Of a DNA stretch of 64,000 bases, positions 43,572 through 52,521 are shown piece after piece. Origin of the DNA: Candidatus Uhrbacteria bacterium CG_4_9_14_3_um_filter_50_9 (GTDB taxonomy: Bacteria; Patescibacteriota; Patescibacteriia; UBA9934; GWF2-40-263); contig PFWU01000049.1 in the NCBI GenBank assembly GCA_002791295.1, forward strand, positions 47,350-111,349, read 5' to 3'. Under the pieces are notes generated by a model. The model saw nothing but the letters and a program-made list of their open reading frames with translations. It was not told the origin of the DNA and ran no database searches. The position numbers were made by a program, and so were the translations under genes. How positions within the stretch are numbered: the stretch's first letter is position 1; every line of letters begins with the position of its first letter.

Positions 43572-45368
43572 ATGGATCAAGACAAATTGCATGCCATGAG
43601 GCATACGGCCGCACACGTGCTCGCCGCAGCTGCTGAGCGTCTTTACCCGGGAGTTAAGCTAGGTGTTGGACCAGTTATTGATAACGGGTTCTTTTACGAC
43701 ATGCTCTTTCCAGAGCCTATTTCTGATGAGGTACTGAGAAAGCTTGAAAAAGAGATGCACAAGATCGTTAAGGAGGGGCACCAGATGGAGCGCGAGGAGA
43801 TGAAGATTGATGACGCTATTCAATTCTTTCGTGACAAAGGGCAGGAGTTCAAAGTTGAGCTTCTAAGTGATCTAAAAGAAAAAGGCACTACGAAGATCAA
43901 CCCAGAGGAAGCGCAGGATATTGATGTGGAGAATCGAGACATTGCCTCAATCTATAAGACGGGGGATTTTGTCGATCTTTGTCGGGGGCCACACGTTGCT
44001 AATGTGAGAGAGGTTGGAGCGTTTAAACTTTGGAAGCTTGCGGGGGCGTACTGGCGGGGGAGTGAGGAGAATGCGCAGCTTCAACGTGTCTATGGGCTGT
44101 GTTTCGAAACCCAAGACGAGCTCGATCAACATCTTGTCATGTTGGAAGAAGCAAAGAAGCGTGACCATCGTAAGCTTGGTAAAGAATTGGATCTCTTTGT
44201 GTTTTCTGATCTTGTGGGGCCAGGGCTCCCGCTGTGGACCCCAAAGGGGACGGTGCTCCGTAACAAGCTTGATGAGTTTGTTTGGAAGTTGCGTGAAGCA
44301 CGGGGGTATCAAAAAGTTGAGATTCCGCATATCACAAAGAAAGAGCTGTACGAAACCAGCGGGCACTGGGAGAAGTTTAAGGATGATTTGTTTAAGATTG
44401 AGACGCGTGAAGGACATGTGTTTGCCATGAAGCCAATGAATTGTCCGCACCACACACAGATTTTTGATCGCAAGCAACATAGTTACCGTGAGATGCCACA
44501 GCGATTTGCGAATACCACCATGGTGTATCGTGACGAGCAAACAGGAGAACTCCATGGACTCTCACGTGTGCGTTCAATTACACAGGATGATGCGCATGTT
44601 TTTTGCCGTCATGCACAGGTGAAAGAGGAGATGCTGAAGATTTGGGATATTATTGAGATCTTTTACAAAGGGTGCGGATTCCCGGAGTTGCGTGTACGCC
44701 TATCGCTCCATGATCCAAAACATCCGGAGAATTATCTTGGAACCCCAGAGATTTGGCAGGACGCAGAGAATGCGCTTCGTGAACTCGTGAACGCGCGGGG
44801 GGTGGAGGCAAAGGAAGAATTGGGCGAGGCAGCATTTTACGGGCCAAAGATTGATTTTGTGACACAGGATTCCATAGGTCGAGAGTGGCAGGTAGCGACC
44901 ATTCAACTCGACATGAACATGCCAGAGCGGTTTAATCTGTTTTGTATCAACGAAGATGGGGAGCAAGAGCGCATTGTGATGATTCATGCGGCCATCATGG
45001 GGGCCATCGAACGGTTCCTCTCAAACTTGATTGAACACACGGCTGGCGTCTTTCCATTTTGGATGGCGCCCGTACAGATTCGTTTAGCAACTGTGAGTCA
45101 GGATTTTGTTCCGTTTGCTGAGGGGCTCAGCGTACAGCTTGCTCAGGCGGGGATCCGTGTGGAGCTTGATCGTTCAGACGAGAAGGTTGGGAAGAAGATT
45201 CGTGAGGCAGCCACGCAGAAGATTCCATGGATCATTGTCATCGGGAGTCAGGAAGCTGAGGGAGGGGATTATAAAGTGAATGTGTTTGGCCAGGAAGAGG
45301 ATCTTGTCATTCCTGCGGCTGAGCTTATACAGATGGTTCAGGACATGTCAGAACTTCCTCTTGAATAG
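43572..45368 (+). CDS. thrS: Threonine--tRNA ligase, lacking the N-terminal TGS domain
   Basis: HAMRHTAAHVLAAA (N2 editing domain), DHRKLGKELDLF, class II catalytic core FAMKPMNCPHH, and an anticodon-binding C-terminus. ATG 43572 was chosen; the ORF-track TTG start at 43539 falls inside the attenuator T-run. Confidence 0.85.
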   Translation: MDQDKLHAMRHTAAHVLAAAAERLYPGVKLGVGPVIDNGFFYDMLFPEPISDEVLRKLEKEMHKIVKEGHQMEREEMKIDDAIQFFRDKGQEFKVELLSDLKEKGTTKINPEEAQDIDVENRDIASIYKTGDFVDLCRGPHVANVREVGAFKLWKLAGAYWRGSEENAQLQRVYGLCFETQDELDQHLVMLEEAKKRDHRKLGKELDLFVFSDLVGPGLPLWTPKGTVLRNKLDEFVWKLREARGYQKVEIPHITKKELYETSGHWEKFKDDLFKIETREGHVFAMKPMNCPHHTQIFDRKQHSYREMPQRFANTTMVYRDEQTGELHGLSRVRSITQDDAHVFCRHAQVKEEMLKIWDIIEIFYKGCGFPELRVRLSLHDPKHPENYLGTPEIWQDAENALRELVNARGVEAKEELGEAAFYGPKIDFVTQDSIGREWQVATIQLDMNMPERFNLFCINEDGEQERIVMIHAAIMGAIERFLSNLIEHTAGVFPFWMAPVQIRLATVSQDFVPFAEGLSVQLAQAGIRVELDRSDEKVGKKIREAATQKIPWIIVIGSQEAEGGDYKVNVFGQEEDLVIPAAELIQMVQDMSELPLE

Positions 45369-45385
45369 CGAGAGAAACAAAAAAA

Positions 45386-45414
45386 CACACCCCTTGCGGG
45401 GCGTGTTTTTTTGT
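45386..45414. terminator. Bidirectional rho-independent terminator between convergent genes
   Basis: An A7 run, then cacacccc-ttgc-ggggcgtg, then a T7 run. Confidence 0.65.
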
Positions 45415-45417
45415 TTC

Positions 45418-47334
45418 CTATAAGTTTCCAGCCATCTTTACGCTAATTCCAGATTTCTGGATTTTTTCCCGTTGTTCCTGGAGTCGTTGTTTCATACGCT
45501 CAGGGACGGCAACACTGCCAGCCACCTTTTGCATGTAGGCCTCTTCGAGAGCCTTCATTCCTTTTTTCATTTCTGACTTTCCGCCAAACATACGCTTGAA
45601 GAATCCGCTTTCTGAGCTCTTCTTCTGAGCAACGAATGTGGTCCAGCTATTTGGAAGACCATAGGTATCCATCTGTTGACCTTCGGCTTTGATCACACCC
45701 TTTACGGTTTCGTAGACGAGTTTCATCTTAGCAAAATCGGAGGCTTCCATTCCAACTTCAGCTGCGGCAGCTGCCATTTCAGCGGAATTAGCTGGAGACT
45801 CTTCGATAAAGAATTCTTCATCGAGAGATTCAATGTTTTCTTCCGGAATTTCTCCGAGGACTGGTTCGCCACCGATGACTGTAGCCTCGCCCTCTTCGTT
45901 CGTTTCAATAAGCTCAGAATATTCAACTTTTCCAGTTTCAATATCCTTGCTCAGGGCTTCAAATGCTTTCTTTGCAAGATCGCTTGGACCAACTTCTGCC
46001 ATGCGTCCAAACATGTTCATCATGCTCTCTGCACGCTTCTTTAATCCAAGGGATTGGTACATTCCACGAAACTTCTTATAAAGTGCTGTTGTTCGTGGGT
46101 CAAAATCCTTTACAGCTTCACGTGGAGCAACACCTGCTGCTTCCATGCCGCTACGGATCTCTTCGAGTTCTGCTTTTTCTTCTTCGAGAAGTTTGTATTC
46201 AGCTTGTGCTTCACTACCCCCCTTACGTTCATCGATTTCACGCATGCGTGCTTCGATTTCCTTGAGACGTGCGGTGTCCTTCATCCAAGGGAGAACAGCG
46301 GCAAGCTTGTTGCGTGCGGCTTCAAGGACGCTCCATTTTACTGTTGGTTCATCCTCGGTAGACATCAGTTCCTGACGCTCAGCATTGAGCTTGGCGTAGT
46401 TTGCTTCTGCTGTCTTACCACCTTTTCCTGCGTCAATATCACGCATCTGAGTCTCGATTTCTTTAATGCGTCCCATGCGCTCAGCACTTGCTTCAGAAGA
46501 AAGAGCATCCATCTGCTCCTGCAAGGAAGCAACTTCAGCCTCCATGTCTCCCAAACTCTTGTTTGAAGTTTCAATACCAACCATTCCCTGAACACGTTCA
46601 GCAATTGCTTCAGCCGTTGCTGTTGGATCCATGGATTTATGCAGCTCAGTCATCTGAGCTTCAACACCGTACACTTCTGCAACAGCGTCATTGTACGCTT
46701 TAATGTTTGCTGCCGATTCGTTCTTTTTCACAGCGGCATAGGCTGCTTCTGCAGTCATCTTCGTGTCTCGGTGTTTTGTTCCTAAATCTGCTAAGTCTTG
46801 GCGTTCTTTGTCGGTAACACCTGACTCTGCCTTAAGAGCCGTCACAAGGGCTGCTTCTGGGCTTTCTTCACCCATGGCAGCAGCAACCATGTCGATCTTG
46901 CGATCACTCATGGATGCGAGCCAAGCATCACGTTCAGCTCCATCAAGGCCTTTTACTTCTGCAACGGATTTAAGAGCCTCATCATAAACATCAAGCATCC
47001 GGTCCATGGCGTCAGCGGCTTTTTCACGCGCTGGCATTTCAAGTTCTGGCATCACAATAGCAACAGGGCCTTCTTCACCCTTTGCATAGGTTGCCTGTTG
47101 GTCAAGGCCTGCAATTTCGACCTTACCAGCTCCATGGAGCTCCATTTTGCCTCCACCAGGGAGACGGAGTTCAAAGACCTCACCACGGGACATTCCTTCA
47201 GCTTGTGCTTCAGGAGCCTCCTGCGCACCCATGTCTGGGCGCTCGACCTGCGATTCAGCCCCTTCTGGTGTTGAACGCTTTTCAGCGGCATTTGATCGTG
47301 CCATAGAAATTGTACTGTTATTAGATGAATTCAC
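45418..47334 (-). CDS. Hypothetical acidic coiled-coil protein
   Basis: 638 aa, Glu/Ala/Lys-rich with repeated MxxxDxxKG segments. No recognised catalytic motif. Confidence 0.5.
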   Translation of the reverse strand: MNSSNNSTISMARSNAAEKRSTPEGAESQVERPDMGAQEAPEAQAEGMSRGEVFELRLPGGGKMELHGAGKVEIAGLDQQATYAKGEEGPVAIVMPELEMPAREKAADAMDRMLDVYDEALKSVAEVKGLDGAERDAWLASMSDRKIDMVAAAMGEESPEAALVTALKAESGVTDKERQDLADLGTKHRDTKMTAEAAYAAVKKNESAANIKAYNDAVAEVYGVEAQMTELHKSMDPTATAEAIAERVQGMVGIETSNKSLGDMEAEVASLQEQMDALSSEASAERMGRIKEIETQMRDIDAGKGGKTAEANYAKLNAERQELMSTEDEPTVKWSVLEAARNKLAAVLPWMKDTARLKEIEARMREIDERKGGSEAQAEYKLLEEEKAELEEIRSGMEAAGVAPREAVKDFDPRTTALYKKFRGMYQSLGLKKRAESMMNMFGRMAEVGPSDLAKKAFEALSKDIETGKVEYSELIETNEEGEATVIGGEPVLGEIPEENIESLDEEFFIEESPANSAEMAAAAAEVGMEASDFAKMKLVYETVKGVIKAEGQQMDTYGLPNSWTTFVAQKKSSESGFFKRMFGGKSEMKKGMKALEEAYMQKVAGSVAVPERMKQRLQEQREKIQKSGISVKMAGNL

Positions 47335-47376
47335 ACGAAATTTTAGCAGAAAAATTGTGATTTGTCAATTCACACC

Positions 47377-47405
47377 TTGACAAAAACCCTTATTTTACTT
47401 ACTGT
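47377..47405 (+). promoter_or_regulatory. Sigma70-like promoter (TTGACA-17-TACTGT) driving the high-GC ORF
   Basis: TTGACA at 47377-47382, a 17-nt spacer, then TACTGT. An AAGGAGG RBS lies 5 nt before the ATG at 47429. The architecture nearly duplicates the promoter at 12961. Confidence 0.4.
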
Positions 47406-47428
47406 TTTTTGTCCACAAGGAGGATCGA

Positions 47429-47836
47429 ATGGCTATCATCAGCCTTTCCGCCCGAGACGGGCGTATCGGTGAGGTCTGTCGACAGGCCCTGCCCAGAACC
47501 CCGCGAGTTGCCGAGTACCTCACCCGGCGCCTTGAGGCACTGGGTGGAAGTGAACGTGTGGCCAATCTGATCTTGGCCCGCCTCCCGACAGGTGCCCACG
47601 TCGACAGCGAGGTGATCACTCGCTTGTGTGTCGACAATGACCTCGACGCAATGAAGCGGCTCATGGACTGGTATGGGGACACCCTCGATACCTCCATGAC
47701 GGCCCTCAGCCTTCAGCTCCATGCGAGCCTGGGGGGCGTGGCGAGCGATCGGATCACCGAGTTCATCCGCGTGTACGTCTGCACGCGAAGCATGCTCAGC
47801 GGGGTCGAGTTCGACCCGCGGGCGATCGCGGCCTGA
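47429..47836 (+). CDS. Hypothetical protein encoded in a high-GC (~63 %) single-gene island
   Basis: 135-aa ORF with a strong RBS, a coding-confined GC anomaly, and a perfect intrinsic terminator directly after the stop. The antisense ORF 47399..47995 is judged spurious. Confidence 0.5.
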   Translation: MAIISLSARDGRIGEVCRQALPRTPRVAEYLTRRLEALGGSERVANLILARLPTGAHVDSEVITRLCVDNDLDAMKRLMDWYGDTLDTSMTALSLQLHASLGGVASDRITEFIRVYVCTRSMLSGVEFDPRAIAA

Positions 47837-47850
47837 CGACGGTACAACAA

Positions 47851-47874
47851 ACCGACTCATACGGAGTCGGTTTT
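47851..47874 (+). terminator. Rho-independent terminator
   Basis: ccgactc-atacg-gagtcgg followed by tttt. Confidence 0.7.
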
Positions 47875-48017
47875 CGAATTTCATAAAGGGGAAAGCTTCG
47901 GTAAACGAACTTATGAGATCGGCTGGATTCTCATTGAGCCGACTCAACGTTGTTTGCCTCAGTTTCCTGACTCTCGTTATTGAGCTTCTCATCATTTCCT
48001 GTTACGCTCTGCCCGTT

Positions 48018-49403
48018 ATGAAATCCAGATATCACATTATTACCTTCGGCTGCCAGATGAACAAAAGTGATTCTGAGCGCATGGAGACTCTCTTAAAGGG
48101 GGTGGGGTTGGAGTCGACCGATGATCAGGAAGAGGCGGATGTGATCTTGGTGAACACCTGTTCGGTTCGTCAGAGCGCAGAGGATCGGGTGTATGGATTG
48201 GTCAAGGGATTTAAGAAACTCAAGAAGAAAAAACCTGAGTTGATCATTGGCGTCACAGGATGCCTGCCTGGTCGAGATCGTGATGGAGCACTGAAACGCA
48301 CACTCGAGATTGTCGACCTTTATTTTCCCACAAAAGAAATGGGGCAGTTACCACGTTGGATTGGAGAGATCCGGCCAGAGCTTGTGAACAGTACGGATGC
48401 TGTTGAGGATTATTTGAAAATTAAGCCTGAGTATCACACCAAGCGTCAGGCGTTCGTTTCCATTCAAACAGGCTGCAATAAGTTTTGCACCTATTGTGTT
48501 GTTCCGTTTGCTCGAGGCCTTGAAAAGAATCGACCTGTCGCTGACATCATGGAGGAGATTCAGGATTTGGCTGCTCATGGATGTGTGGAAGTTACTTTAC
48601 TTGGGCAGACCGTAAACAGCTATCAAGCACCAGACGCAGAGAACTTTTCAGAAGGGAACCCGTATGAGGATCATTTTGCCAAGCTTCTATGGGAAGTGAA
48701 TCAGGTGGAGGGGATTAATCGTCTGCACTTTACTGCGCCACATCCGCTGCACATGACCGATGAGGTCATCGACGCCATGACCCTTCCGGCTCACCTAAAC
48801 TTTATCCATTTGCCCGTTCAGGCGGGATCAGATGATGTGCTTAGACGCATGAATCGCCGGTATACCTCCAAACAGTTTTTAGATGTTGTGAAGCGGCTTA
48901 AGGCCAAGATCCCAGAGTTAGCCATTGGAACAGATATTGTTGTTGGGTTCTGTGGGGAGTCGCCCGAGCAGTTTGATGAGACTGTGGAATTGTTTAAAGA
49001 AGTTGATTTTGATATCTCGTATACCGCACGCTACTCCACACGCTCGGGCACCGCTGCTTGGCGGGCGTTTAACGATGATGTGAGCCACGAGGAGAAGAAG
49101 CGTCGGTGGGAGGTGTTGCAGAAGCTGATGGAAGAGTCCGTGTATAAAAAGAATCAGAAGTTTGTTGGAGAGGTAGTAAGCGTGCTTGTTGATCGTCATG
49201 AGCCACCCAAGGTTACTGATGAGATGCTCACAATGCCAGAAAAGATTCAGGAACTCATGGCGCAGCAACCCGGTACTTGTTATGGTCAATCAAGAGAAAT
49301 GAAACTCACACGGTTTGCAGGTGGAGAAGAATATGTGGGTGAGATCGTAGAGGTGCGTGTCACACGTGCGGACAAGTGGATTTTGGAAGGGGAGATCGTA
49401 TGA
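48018..49403 (+). CDS. miaB: tRNA-2-methylthio-N6-dimethylallyladenosine synthase MiaB (radical SAM methylthiotransferase)
   Basis: MTTase N-domain (YHIITFGCQMNKSDSE), radical SAM CNKFCTYCVVP, and a TRAM domain. The start was moved to the internal ATG at 48018; the ORF-track N-terminal 99 aa read through the high-GC island and are spurious. Confidence 0.85.
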   Translation: MKSRYHIITFGCQMNKSDSERMETLLKGVGLESTDDQEEADVILVNTCSVRQSAEDRVYGLVKGFKKLKKKKPELIIGVTGCLPGRDRDGALKRTLEIVDLYFPTKEMGQLPRWIGEIRPELVNSTDAVEDYLKIKPEYHTKRQAFVSIQTGCNKFCTYCVVPFARGLEKNRPVADIMEEIQDLAAHGCVEVTLLGQTVNSYQAPDAENFSEGNPYEDHFAKLLWEVNQVEGINRLHFTAPHPLHMTDEVIDAMTLPAHLNFIHLPVQAGSDDVLRRMNRRYTSKQFLDVVKRLKAKIPELAIGTDIVVGFCGESPEQFDETVELFKEVDFDISYTARYSTRSGTAAWRAFNDDVSHEEKKRRWEVLQKLMEESVYKKNQKFVGEVVSVLVDRHEPPKVTDEMLTMPEKIQELMAQQPGTCYGQSREMKLTRFAGGEEYVGEIVEVRVTRADKWILEGEIV

Positions 49404-50356
49404 AGCCAAAGGTGATTGCCATCTTAGGGCCAACAGCCTCAGGGAAGACTTCCCTAGGAATTGCTATTGCAAAACAATTTAATGGAGAAGTGGTCTCCGT
49501 CGATTCGAGACAAGTTTATCGTGAGATGAATATCGGGACGGCGAAACCAGAAGGTGTGTGGGTGGAACATGAGATTGAGAAGGGGGGAAGCATCAATCAG
49601 CTTTTTGGTGCGCGCAAGATGTTTGTTGTAGATGAGGTTGTTCACTGGGGAATTGACCTTGTTGATCCAGATGAAGATTACAGTGTCGCTCAGTTTAAGC
49701 AGTACGCTGAGCAGAAAATTAAAGAGATTGTTCAGCGAGGGAAGTTACCGATTCTGGTTGGTGGAACAGGGCTTTGGCTTCAGGCGGTAATTGATAACTT
49801 AGATCTTGCAGCGACTCCTGCTGACGCTGATGTACGTGCGGAACTTGAATCACGACCACTCGGAGATTTATTTGCCGAATATAAACGGCTTGATCCGGCT
49901 GGAGCAGAATTTATTGATCGAGAAAATAAGCGTCGTGTGGTCCGTGCGCTCGAGGTGACGAAGCTCACAGGCAAGCCGTTTTCTGAGCAGCGTTCCGCAG
50001 GGGAGCCGAAGTACGACGTGTTGCAAATCGGTCTCGATGTCCCACGCGAGGAGTTGTATGAGCGCATTAATCAGCGTGTTGAGGAAATGGTGGCCATGGG
50101 CCTTGTCGATGAGGTGCGAAGACTGAAGGGCAAGTATGGCTGCGAGATTGATGCGATGACGGGGATTGGATACAGGCAGATTTGCGAGTTTTTAAACGGA
50201 AATGAAAGCTTGGCGGAAGCGATACAGGCAACAAAACAAGCAACCCGTCGCTACGCCAAAAGACAGATGACATGGTTTAAACGCGATGAGCGGATTAAGT
50301 GGATTACGCCAGGGGAGTCCGTCGACGAGCTCATCAAGACATTCCTAAAAAAATAA
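49400..50356 (+). CDS. miaA: tRNA dimethylallyltransferase MiaA
   Basis: P-loop GPTASGKT and DSRQVYREMNIGTAKP. The ATG overlaps the miaB stop (ATGA). Confidence 0.85.
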   Translation: MKPKVIAILGPTASGKTSLGIAIAKQFNGEVVSVDSRQVYREMNIGTAKPEGVWVEHEIEKGGSINQLFGARKMFVVDEVVHWGIDLVDPDEDYSVAQFKQYAEQKIKEIVQRGKLPILVGGTGLWLQAVIDNLDLAATPADADVRAELESRPLGDLFAEYKRLDPAGAEFIDRENKRRVVRALEVTKLTGKPFSEQRSAGEPKYDVLQIGLDVPREELYERINQRVEEMVAMGLVDEVRRLKGKYGCEIDAMTGIGYRQICEFLNGNESLAEAIQATKQATRRYAKRQMTWFKRDERIKWITPGESVDELIKTFLKK

Positions 50357-50393
50357 AAAACTTCTCATGTTGAGAGGTTTTTTATGAATGATG

Positions 50394-50864
50394 CTATTTA
50401 CTCAACTGTGTCAGTATCTCTAGTGGATACCCTGCTCCTGAGAAGTAACTTTCAAATCTTGCGGTGGTGGTTTCTGAGCGGTGTTCTTTTTTTCGGTTCA
50501 TGATTTCTTCCCGCGTGAGCCAGAGGGTTTCAATAATTTCTGGTGCCTCGATAGGATACTGTTTTTCATCGACAAGTTCACAGCGGAAGAGGAAATAGAT
50601 TCCCATGTAGTCCCGAGAGGAGAGGGTGGCTTGGTGGACACCTACAAGTTCAACAGATTTTACCTTGTACCCTGTTTCTTCCATGACTTCTCGGACGACG
50701 GCATCTGTCAGGAGCTCGTTCTTCTCGACATGTCCTGCGGGTTGGTTCATGACGGAGGCATGGTCTTCCGGGAGGTCTGCTGGTCGTTCTCGGATGACCA
50801 GAAGTTTGCCATCACGTTCAATAAAACCAGCCACGATGACGCGTGCGGTGTGTCGTTCTGACAT
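50394..50864 (-). CDS. NUDIX hydrolase
   Basis: Nudix box GHVEKNELLTDAVVREVMEETGY, 156 aa. Confidence 0.8.
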   Translation of the reverse strand: MSERHTARVIVAGFIERDGKLLVIRERPADLPEDHASVMNQPAGHVEKNELLTDAVVREVMEETGYKVKSVELVGVHQATLSSRDYMGIYFLFRCELVDEKQYPIEAPEIIETLWLTREEIMNRKKEHRSETTTARFESYFSGAGYPLEILTQLSK

Positions 50865-50865
50865 A

Positions 50866-50967
50866 GGAGATTAGCGAGATTAGCTAGATTAGCGGGATTA
50901 GGCTGATTGTTGCGCATGAGTTACTCCTAATCTAGCCAATCCAGCTAATCTCGCTCGTCCAGCTAGT
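50866..50967. repeat. Imperfect ~100-nt palindrome built from 4-5 direct GATTAGC repeats and 3 inverted GCTAATC repeats
   Basis: The left arm reads gagATTAGCgagATTAGCtagATTAGCgggATTAGGctgATTG. The right arm reads CCTAATCtaGCCAATCcaGCTAATCtcgc. It lies in the gatB-NUDIX intergenic region. Confidence 0.7.
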
Positions 50968-50970
50968 ACT

Positions 50971-52518
50971 CTAATTATCAATTTCTGGTTCAAGGAGTAC
51001 GAGCAGGAGGTTCTGGGCCATGGCTGCGTCGGCGGTTCCTTCAGAGGCCTTCATCACCATTCCGATCAGGAACTTGAGAAGCTGCTTTTCTCCTGCCCTG
51101 TAGCGTGCGACTTCCGCTGGATATTCTTCGACGACACGACTCACAATTTCGCTCAGAGCTCCTTCGTCGTCCATTCTTCCGAGTTGCTGGTCTTCCATGA
51201 TGTGTGATGGGTCAGAGCCATCGTCGAGCATGGCGCTGAGCACCTTGAGTCCGCCAGCATTGTTGAGTTTGTGTGTTGCGATAAGGGTGATGAATTCCGC
51301 AAAGTTTTCCGGGGTGATCTTCATGATACGGATATCAATACTACGCTCAGAGAGAAGTCCGCCGAGCTTTGAGAGGAGCCACCCGGACACTGTGCGTGCG
51401 AGTTTGGCCTGTTCTTTTTCGAGTGCCTCCCCAGCCAGCTCATCCATTTCTGGGAGCGCATTCATCCATGCATGGAGCTCTGAAAAGACGTGTTCAACAA
51501 AATCAGCGAGCGCAGGATCTTCGCAAATTTGTTTTGCGTCAGACGGTTTCAATTTGTATTCACTCGCAAAGCGGGCACGACGAGCTGCTGGCAGTTCTGG
51601 AATTTGCGAGCGCAGTTCGTCCGCTAGGTCTTTGAGTTTGAGAGGGGGAATATCTGGTTCAGGGAAGTAGCGGTAGTCGGCGGCATCCTCCTTTGAACGC
51701 TGATCCTCAGTCACACCCTTTGCATCATTCCATCCACGGGTTGTAGAGGTGAGTGGAGGAGTATCTGCTTCCCAGAGTTTGGTTTGGCGCTGAATTTCGT
51801 GTTCGAGCGCACGTTCAACGTGTTTAAAGGAGTTGAGGTTTTTGACTTCTGTTTTTGGATTGAAATGTGGGCCAACAAGGTTTCCCTTATCGTCATACCG
51901 CCGCAGCGAAATGTTGGCGTCGCAGCGCAGGTGGCCTTTTTCCATGTCTGCATCTGACACACCAAGATAGCGTGCGATCAAACGGAGTTCATGTAAGAAG
52001 ATGTTTGCCTCACGAGGGGAGCGGAAGTCTGGCTCGGTCACAATCTCGACGAGGGGCGTGCCCCCACGATTGAAGTCGACAAAGGTGTTTCCATCTTCAT
52101 GGTGGAACGATTTTGCTGCATCTTCTTCAAGGTGGGCACGCGTAATGCCGATACGTGCTGCCTCTCGTTCACCTCCTGGGATTTCAATATCGAGATGCCC
52201 TTTCTCCGCAATCGGAAGATCGAATTGAGAAATTTGATAGGCTTTTGGAAGGTCTGGGTAAAAGTAATTTTTGCGATCGAATTTTGAGTGATTGGCAATC
52301 TGACAATTGAGCGCCAAGCCCACCAAGACGCCATAACGGATGGCTTGCTCGTTTGGGACGGGGAGTACTCCTGGGTGCCCGAGACAGATGGGGCAGACAT
52401 GTGTGTTTGGAGAGATCGCAGAATCATGGGCTCTGCACCCACAAAACATTTTTGATTTGGTTTTGAGCTGAATGTGGATTTCGAGTCCAATCACGGGTTC
52501 ATACATCATACGTGCCAC
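50971..52518 (-). CDS. gatB: Aspartyl/glutamyl-tRNA(Asn/Gln) amidotransferase subunit B
   Basis: YEPVIGLEIHIQLKTKSKMFCGC...CPICLGHPGVLP plus a YqeY-like C-terminal domain. 515 aa. Confidence 0.85.
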   Translation of the reverse strand: MARMMYEPVIGLEIHIQLKTKSKMFCGCRAHDSAISPNTHVCPICLGHPGVLPVPNEQAIRYGVLVGLALNCQIANHSKFDRKNYFYPDLPKAYQISQFDLPIAEKGHLDIEIPGGEREAARIGITRAHLEEDAAKSFHHEDGNTFVDFNRGGTPLVEIVTEPDFRSPREANIFLHELRLIARYLGVSDADMEKGHLRCDANISLRRYDDKGNLVGPHFNPKTEVKNLNSFKHVERALEHEIQRQTKLWEADTPPLTSTTRGWNDAKGVTEDQRSKEDAADYRYFPEPDIPPLKLKDLADELRSQIPELPAARRARFASEYKLKPSDAKQICEDPALADFVEHVFSELHAWMNALPEMDELAGEALEKEQAKLARTVSGWLLSKLGGLLSERSIDIRIMKITPENFAEFITLIATHKLNNAGGLKVLSAMLDDGSDPSHIMEDQQLGRMDDEGALSEIVSRVVEEYPAEVARYRAGEKQLLKFLIGMVMKASEGTADAAMAQNLLLVLLEPEIDN

Positions 52519-52521
52519 AGC

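Noticed and set aside
47399-47995. 198-aa minus-strand ORF, and the N-terminal 99 aa of the ORF-track MiaB call (47721..48017)
   Set aside because: Both arise from reading through the high-GC island. MiaB homology begins at the internal ATG at 48018 (MKSRYHIITFGCQMN).
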